A DNA stretch of 64,000 nucleotides, taken from positions 32,001-96,000 of IMG/VR virus record IMGVR_UViG_3300032299_001203. One strand, written 5' to 3'. This stretch comes from a virus. Below, piece by piece: positions 58,861-64,000 of the stretch (its first letter is position 1; every line of letters starts with the position of its first letter). The notes beneath the pieces were generated by a model. It was not told the origin of the DNA. It did not search any database and was given only the letters and a program-made list of their open reading frames with translations. A program made the translations under genes and the position numbers.

Positions 58861-60347
58861 GTGATATAGTTATATCCAAAAGAGATGAAGTGTATGCCAA
58901 AATAACTTGTGAAAAACATATTTCAAAAGAGTTATCGGAGTTTTTTACATTCTTTGTTCCTGGTTATCAATTTGTTCCTGCATATCGTAATCGAGTTTGG
59001 GATGGAAAAATTCGTTTGTACAATTTACAAACAAGCCAAGTTTATCTTGGTCTTTTGCCGTACATTGAAGAATTTTGTAATGAAAGAGAATATAAATTTG
59101 ATTATGGTGATCCAAGGCCTGATATTGAAGATGAATATTCGGCATACCATGCCAAAAAGTTTACAGATTCTTTAAATATTCATTCTCGTGGCGAATCAAT
59201 TGAAGTACGAGAACATCAGTTGAATGCTTATATTCACGCCATGCAAAAACGCCGAGCGTTGTTAGTTTCACCAACTGCTTCTGGCAAATCTCTCATCATA
59301 TATCTAATCTTTCGTCAATTACACCAATATCAAAATCTTAAAGGACTTATAATTGTTCCCACCACATCATTGGTTGAACAATTGTATTCTGATTTTGGTG
59401 ATTATAATGATGGTGAAATGACCGATGTACATCGAATTTACCAAGGTAAAGAAAAAGAAACGGACAAATCACTTACCATTTCAACATGGCAATCTCTATA
59501 CAAGATGCCAAAAGAATACTTTCACCAGTTTGATTATGTTATTGGTGACGAAGCACACCTTTTTAAAGCTCAATCATTAACAACTATATTAACATCTTGT
59601 ATTAATGCCAAATACCGTATTGGTCTTACTGGCACTTTAGATGGAACAAAAACGCATAAACTGGTATTAGAAGGTTTATTTGGCACGGTTAAAAAAGTTA
59701 TTAGTACAAAAGAATTAATTGATAAACAACAGCTCTCAAATTTTGAAATTAAATGTTTAGTTTTAAAACATACCGATGAAGAATGTTTGAAGGCAAAAGA
59801 TTATACTTACCCCGAAGAAATTCAATATCTGATATCACACGAAATTAGAAACAAATTTATTAAAAATCTTGCAGTTAGCTTAGGTAAAAATACACTTGTA
59901 TTATATCAAATGGTTGACAAACATGGTAAAATACTGTATGATATGATAAGAGAAACAGAGAAGATTGGCAATAGAAAAGTATTTTTTGTTCATGGTGGTA
60001 CAGATACAACTGACCGTGAAGATATTAGAAAAATTATGGAGATAGAACAAGATGCTATTGTAGTTGCTTCTTTTGGCACTTTTAGTACCGGTATCAATAT
60101 TAGAAATTTGCATAATATTATATTTGCAATGCCAACTAAATCGTCTATTAGGACGTTACAAAGTATTGGTAGGGGTCTTAGGCAAAATGAAGGCAAAGAA
60201 ATAGCCACATTGTATGATGTATCAGATGACTTACGATATAAAAAACATATGAATTATACACTAAAACATTTCGTGGAAAGAACAAAGATATATAATGAGG
60301 AGAAGTTCCCATTCAAAATATACAAAATAGGACTAAAAAATGAATAA
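58857..60347 (+). CDS. uvsW: DNA/RNA helicase UvsW
   Basis: WDGKIRL, Walker A SPTASGKS, VPTTSLVEQ, DEAH, GLTGT, FSTGINI, LQSIGRGLR. Confidence 0.96.
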   Translation: MSDIVISKRDEVYAKITCEKHISKELSEFFTFFVPGYQFVPAYRNRVWDGKIRLYNLQTSQVYLGLLPYIEEFCNEREYKFDYGDPRPDIEDEYSAYHAKKFTDSLNIHSRGESIEVREHQLNAYIHAMQKRRALLVSPTASGKSLIIYLIFRQLHQYQNLKGLIIVPTTSLVEQLYSDFGDYNDGEMTDVHRIYQGKEKETDKSLTISTWQSLYKMPKEYFHQFDYVIGDEAHLFKAQSLTTILTSCINAKYRIGLTGTLDGTKTHKLVLEGLFGTVKKVISTKELIDKQQLSNFEIKCLVLKHTDEECLKAKDYTYPEEIQYLISHEIRNKFIKNLAVSLGKNTLVLYQMVDKHGKILYDMIRETEKIGNRKVFFVHGGTDTTDREDIRKIMEIEQDAIVVASFGTFSTGINIRNLHNIIFAMPTKSSIRTLQSIGRGLRQNEGKEIATLYDVSDDLRYKKHMNYTLKHFVERTKIYNEEKFPFKIYKIGLKNE

Positions 60348-60720
60348 CGTCAAAATAGTCAGGTTAAAGAATGGTGAAGATATTGTTGGACAATTAACAG
60401 CCAACGGTATAAATGCATATGATGTTACTGAGCCTATGACTGTTGGATTAGAGTTTCAAGGTAAAGAACTTGGTCTTGTAATGAGGCATTGGTTACCAAT
60501 ACAATTAATTAAAAAAAATGAAATCAGTTTGGAAAAACAAGACATACTTTGTTTAATTGAACCTGCAGATGATTTCTGTGAATATTACGTCAACACAATA
60601 AAGAAAATACAAGACTTATTGAAAGCTAAAAAAATGGTACAGAACATGTCTGACGAAGAAATAAACGATGCACTACAACAATTTGAAGATTTAAATCATG
60701 ATGGAAATATATTACATTAA
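60340..60720 (+). CDS. Conserved hypothetical protein (Sm-like pattern) between uvsW and gp55
   Basis: VKIVRLKNGEDIVG...P......WLP motif typical of this position in T4-like phages. Confidence 0.75.
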   Translation: MNNVKIVRLKNGEDIVGQLTANGINAYDVTEPMTVGLEFQGKELGLVMRHWLPIQLIKKNEISLEKQDILCLIEPADDFCEYYVNTIKKIQDLLKAKKMVQNMSDEEINDALQQFEDLNHDGNILH

Positions 60721-60744
60721 TACTTTCAACCAAGGACATACTCG

Positions 60745-60773
60745 ACTATACACACTTGTCAAGCGATTGTCAA
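60745..60773 (-). promoter_or_regulatory. Antisense sigma70-type promoter
   Basis: Minus strand TTGACA (60773-60768), 17-bp spacer, TATAGT (60750-60745). Confidence 0.65.
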
Positions 60774-60791
60774 CAACAATATGTGGTAAAT

Positions 60792-61331
60792 ATGGTTACT
60801 AAACAAAAACATTATATAAACAACGCTGATTTTTTGAAAGCACTTGTCGATTACAAAGAGGCATGTAAGAAAGCTAAAAAAGAAAAACAAATAAAACCTG
60901 CCATACCAAATTATATCGGTGAGTGTTTTATGAAAATAGCGGAAGGCCTATCACATAAACCTAATTTTATTAACTATACCTATCGTGACGAAATGATGTC
61001 GGATGGTATAGAAAATTGTTTACAGTATTTTGACAACTTTGATCCGGCCAAGTCAAAGAACCCATTTGCCTATTTTACACAAATCATTTATTTTGCTTTT
61101 TTACGGAGAATAGGTAAAGAAAAGAAACAAACATATGTTAAGTATAAAGCCACAGAACAAATGGGCATTTTGGATGAAATGGAAATGATGGAGTTTGATG
61201 ACGGCACCACCAAACAATTTGAATTGTACGATAATATAGCCGAATTTATAGATACTTATGAAAAAACAAAGAAGGCCAAAAAAGAAGCGGTAAAGAAATC
61301 AAAAGGTATTGAAAAATTTTTAGGAGAGTAG
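60792..61331 (+). CDS. gp55: Late transcription sigma factor gp55
   Basis: HYINNADFL.AL, IPNYIGECFMKIAEGLSHKPNFINYTYRDEMMSDGIENC, NPFAYFTQIIYFAFLRRI.KEKKQ; likely start ATG 60792. Confidence 0.96.
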   Translation: MVTKQKHYINNADFLKALVDYKEACKKAKKEKQIKPAIPNYIGECFMKIAEGLSHKPNFINYTYRDEMMSDGIENCLQYFDNFDPAKSKNPFAYFTQIIYFAFLRRIGKEKKQTYVKYKATEQMGILDEMEMMEFDDGTTKQFELYDNIAEFIDTYEKTKKAKKEAVKKSKGIEKFLGE

Positions 61332-61337
61332 TATAAT
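61309..61337 (+). promoter_or_regulatory. Sigma70-type promoter upstream of gp47/gp46
   Basis: TTGAAA (61309-61314), 17-bp spacer, TATAAT (61332-61337). Confidence 0.55.
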
Positions 61338-61509
61338 GTACAAAGTTACATATTATCCAGCACTGGATAAAAAAGATGTTTTACTGTTTAAATGGTTTAA
61401 AACTCATAGAGAGTCATTGGATTTTGCCAAAAAAATAAACAAAGATTGTTTATTTGAAATTAAATTCTATGACGAGAATGATCCTAATGCTCCAACGGTG
61501 AACATATAA
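61336..61509 (+). CDS. 57-aa hypothetical protein (not in ORF track), paralogue 1
   Basis: MYKVTYYPALDKKDVLLFKWFKTHRESLDFAKKINKDCLFEIKFYDENDPNAPTVNI; RBS aggag upstream. Confidence 0.7.
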   Translation: MYKVTYYPALDKKDVLLFKWFKTHRESLDFAKKINKDCLFEIKFYDENDPNAPTVNI

Positions 61510-61534
61510 TTTTAAAAAAAAATGTGAGTTAATT

Positions 61535-61711
61535 ATGTATTATAAAATTTCTTATTATAAAAAAGATAAAGATGCTTCACCTTTTGTTCAATTTCAAAAA
61601 GTTGAAACTATGGAAGAATCTATAGAGTTTGTAAAAACAATTTCAAAAGACCATGCCGTATTAGAAATAAAATGTTACTCAGATGAAGTAGCAAAACCTG
61701 ATAGAACTTAA
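61535..61711 (+). CDS. 58-aa hypothetical protein (not in ORF track), paralogue 2
   Basis: MYYKISYYKKDKDASPFVQFQKVETMEESIEFVKTISKDHAVLEIKCYSDEVAKPDRT; ends 2 bp before gp47. Confidence 0.7.
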   Translation: MYYKISYYKKDKDASPFVQFQKVETMEESIEFVKTISKDHAVLEIKCYSDEVAKPDRT

Positions 61712-61713
61712 TT

Positions 61714-62796
61714 ATGAAAGTAGCAATTATTACTGACCAGCACTTTGGTGCTAGGAACGATTCAATCCATTTCTTAGATTATTATGAACGGTTTTATCGT
61801 GATACCTTTTTTCCAACCCTTGAAGAACATGGTATTAATACTGTTCTTATTTTAGGTGATACCTTTGATCGTAGAAAATATGTAAATTTCTACACACTCA
61901 AACGATCAAGAGAAATGTTTTTCGATAAACTGTATGCAAAAGGTATACAGGTACACATGTTGGCTGGTAACCATGATACCTATTTTAAAAATACCAATGA
62001 GGTCAATTCAGTTGATTTATTATTACAAGAATATAGTAATATCAACGTCATTTCATCTCCACAAACCATTCATTTAAAATATAGTGATACCGGTTATGAT
62101 ATCTGTATGGTACCATGGATTTGTCCAGAAAATTACAATAACAGTTTGGCAGAAATACAAAACACCTCGGCAAGCATTTGTATGGGACATTTTGAGATTG
62201 CCGGTTTTGCCATGTATCGTGGCATGCCAAGCCAGGAAGGATTAAGTCGAGAATTATTCAGACGCTTCGATTTTACTTTTAGCGGTCACTATCATCATAG
62301 AAGTTCAGCTGATGATATACATTATCTTGGAAACCCGTATGAACTTACTTGGCAAGATTATAATGACCCTAGAGGGTTTCATCTTTTTGATCTTGCTACA
62401 CGCAGTCTTACTTTGATAAAAAATCCAAATGTGATGTTTCATAGAATTGTTTATGATGATAAAGTGGAATCAATTACGGATATTACCAATAAAGATTTGA
62501 GTAAGTATACCAATACCTATGTCAAAGTGGTGGTAATTAACAAAACAAACCCCTATCTGTTCGATAAGTTTATGAACAGCCTATACAATGTCAATCCAGT
62601 TGATATTACCATTGCCGAGGACTTTACGGACTTGACAGAAGGTGTAGAAGATGATATGATTGATCAAGCAGAAGATACTATTACAATTATTAATAAATTT
62701 GTGGATGGTATTCAAGAAGAACATATTAATAATGAAAAGCTAAAAACAGTAATGCGTGAATTATATGTAGAGGCATTGAACCAAGAACAGGCATGA
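61714..62796 (+). CDS. gp47: Recombination endonuclease subunit gp47 (Mre11/SbcD-like)
   Basis: Phosphoesterase motifs TDQHFG, LGDTFD, GNHD, GHFE, SGHYH. Confidence 0.96.
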   Translation: MKVAIITDQHFGARNDSIHFLDYYERFYRDTFFPTLEEHGINTVLILGDTFDRRKYVNFYTLKRSREMFFDKLYAKGIQVHMLAGNHDTYFKNTNEVNSVDLLLQEYSNINVISSPQTIHLKYSDTGYDICMVPWICPENYNNSLAEIQNTSASICMGHFEIAGFAMYRGMPSQEGLSRELFRRFDFTFSGHYHHRSSADDIHYLGNPYELTWQDYNDPRGFHLFDLATRSLTLIKNPNVMFHRIVYDDKVESITDITNKDLSKYTNTYVKVVVINKTNPYLFDKFMNSLYNVNPVDITIAEDFTDLTEGVEDDMIDQAEDTITIINKFVDGIQEEHINNEKLKTVMRELYVEALNQEQA

Positions 62797-64000
62797 TTAA
62801 ATTTGAAAAAGTCCGTTGGAAGAATTTTCTTTCGACCGGAGCAATATTTACGGAAATTAATTTAACCAAATCACCGAACACACTCATCATTGGTAACAAT
62901 GGTGCCGGCAAATCTACAATATTAGATGCCTTATGTTTTGGTCTCTTTGGTAAACCATTTCGTAAAATTAATAAACCACAGTTACCAAACTCCATCAACC
63001 AATCCGATTGTGTGGTTGAGATTGAGTTTTCGATTGGCAAAAAACAATACAAAGTAATTCGTGGTATTAAACCAAATATATTTGAGGTTTATTGCAATGG
63101 TGTAATGGTTGACCAAGATGCCAAGGCCAAAGATTACCAAGAACACTTAGAAAAGTTTATTCTTAAATTAAATTATAAATCGTTCACTCAAGTAGTAATT
63201 CTTGGTTCAGCATCGTTTGTTCCTTTCATGCAGTTATCTCCGTCTGACCGGCGAGCCATTATTGAGGACTTACTGGACATTCAAATCTTTTCGTCTATGA
63301 ATGGTGTGGTCAAAGAAAAAATGGCCGTCATTAAAGACACCTTTACCAAAAATAAGTATGAAATGGATTTAACATCCGAGAAAATTAACTTTCAGAAACA
63401 AAGTATTGAAGATCATAAGAGTCGTTCTGATGAAGAAATCACCAAGAAGCGTAAAGAGATTGCCGATTCGGTTGATCAAATCTTTACACTAGAAAGAGAT
63501 GTTGAATTAATTCAAAAACATATTGCCGTGTTACAGAGTAAGATTGCCGATCAAATGGCCATGCAAAAAAAGAGTGGCAAACTGATTCATCTGGAATCCA
63601 AATTAGAATCTCGTTTAAAGAAGATTGAAAAAGAAGTAGGATTCTACCACGATAATAGTGATTGTCCCACTTGTAAACAAGGTATTGACCAAGAATTTAG
63701 AGAAGAACAGATTACCACATTAAATGAAACTAAGATTGAAGTTAATGGTGCATTAACGGATATAGCAAAACAAATTGCAGAAACAAGTAATAGAATTGAT
63801 ACAATACAAAAGATACTACAACACATACAGGCACACAGTAATGAGGTTGTAAAACACAATTCTACCATTACAGCCGTGAATAGTTTTATCAATAAACTAC
63901 AAAATGAAATTAATGAGTTATCCAATCACAAAGATAACCTAGAAGAAGAAAATGCCAAATTAAAAGAACTTAAAACAGAACTTGTTGCATTGGTTGCCAA
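62793..64000 (+). CDS. gp46: Recombination ATPase subunit gp46 (Rad50/SbcC-like), 3'-truncated
   Basis: ATG 62793: MIKFEKVRWKNFLSTG...GNNGAGKSTILDALCFGLFGKPFR, SFTQVVILGS, Zn-hook CPTC at 63663-63674. It runs off the window end and is absent from the ORF track. Confidence 0.96.
   Translation, partial: MIKFEKVRWKNFLSTGAIFTEINLTKSPNTLIIGNNGAGKSTILDALCFGLFGKPFRKINKPQLPNSINQSDCVVEIEFSIGKKQYKVIRGIKPNIFEVYCNGVMVDQDAKAKDYQEHLEKFILKLNYKSFTQVVILGSASFVPFMQLSPSDRRAIIEDLLDIQIFSSMNGVVKEKMAVIKDTFTKNKYEMDLTSEKINFQKQSIEDHKSRSDEEITKKRKEIADSVDQIFTLERDVELIQKHIAVLQSKIADQMAMQKKSGKLIHLESKLESRLKKIEKEVGFYHDNSDCPTCKQGIDQEFREEQITTLNETKIEVNGALTDIAKQIAETSNRIDTIQKILQHIQAHSNEVVKHNSTITAVNSFINKLQNEINELSNHKDNLEEENAKLKELKTELVALVA

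Noticed and set aside
46690-64000. Introns, inteins or homing endonucleases in terminase, portal, capsid, uvsW or gp46/47
   Set aside because: These ORFs are continuous and of ordinary length; no HNH, GIY-YIG or LAGLIDADG motifs were recognised.

Overview
This window is 64 kb of an AT-rich T4-like myophage genome. The gene order (gp23-gp3-uvsY-uvsW-gp55-gp47-gp46, no gp24) is that of the aquatic cyanophage/pelagiphage-type T4 relatives; the host cannot be determined from this window. All credible genes are on the + strand. From left to right: (1) a collagen-like fibre cassette, 5'-truncated; (2) baseplate genes gp25, gp6, gp7-like, gp8 and a large DUF4815/VrlC-like protein; (3) a ~22 kb block of fibre, adaptor and receptor-binding genes where T4 has gp9-12/wac; (4) neck, terminase, sheath, tube, portal, core, protease, scaffold and major capsid (gp13-gp23); (5) gp3, uvsY, uvsW, gp55, gp47 and a 3'-truncated gp46. 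The most striking pattern is in the fibre genes. Many end in short C-terminal peptide motifs (DGGxF, D[L/M]G, P[F/Y][L/I]L, TExG), and the adjacent downstream gene usually starts with a matching N-terminal domain class. This suggests a genetically colinear plug-and-socket system for building branched virion appendages. The motifs are seen directly; the docking function is inferred. Also noted: a near-consensus antisense sigma70 promoter aimed at uvsW, two unannotated paralogous small ORFs after gp55, a candidate capsid-targeted internal protein, and several structured intergenic elements. Family assignments come from motif recognition and synteny, not database searches.
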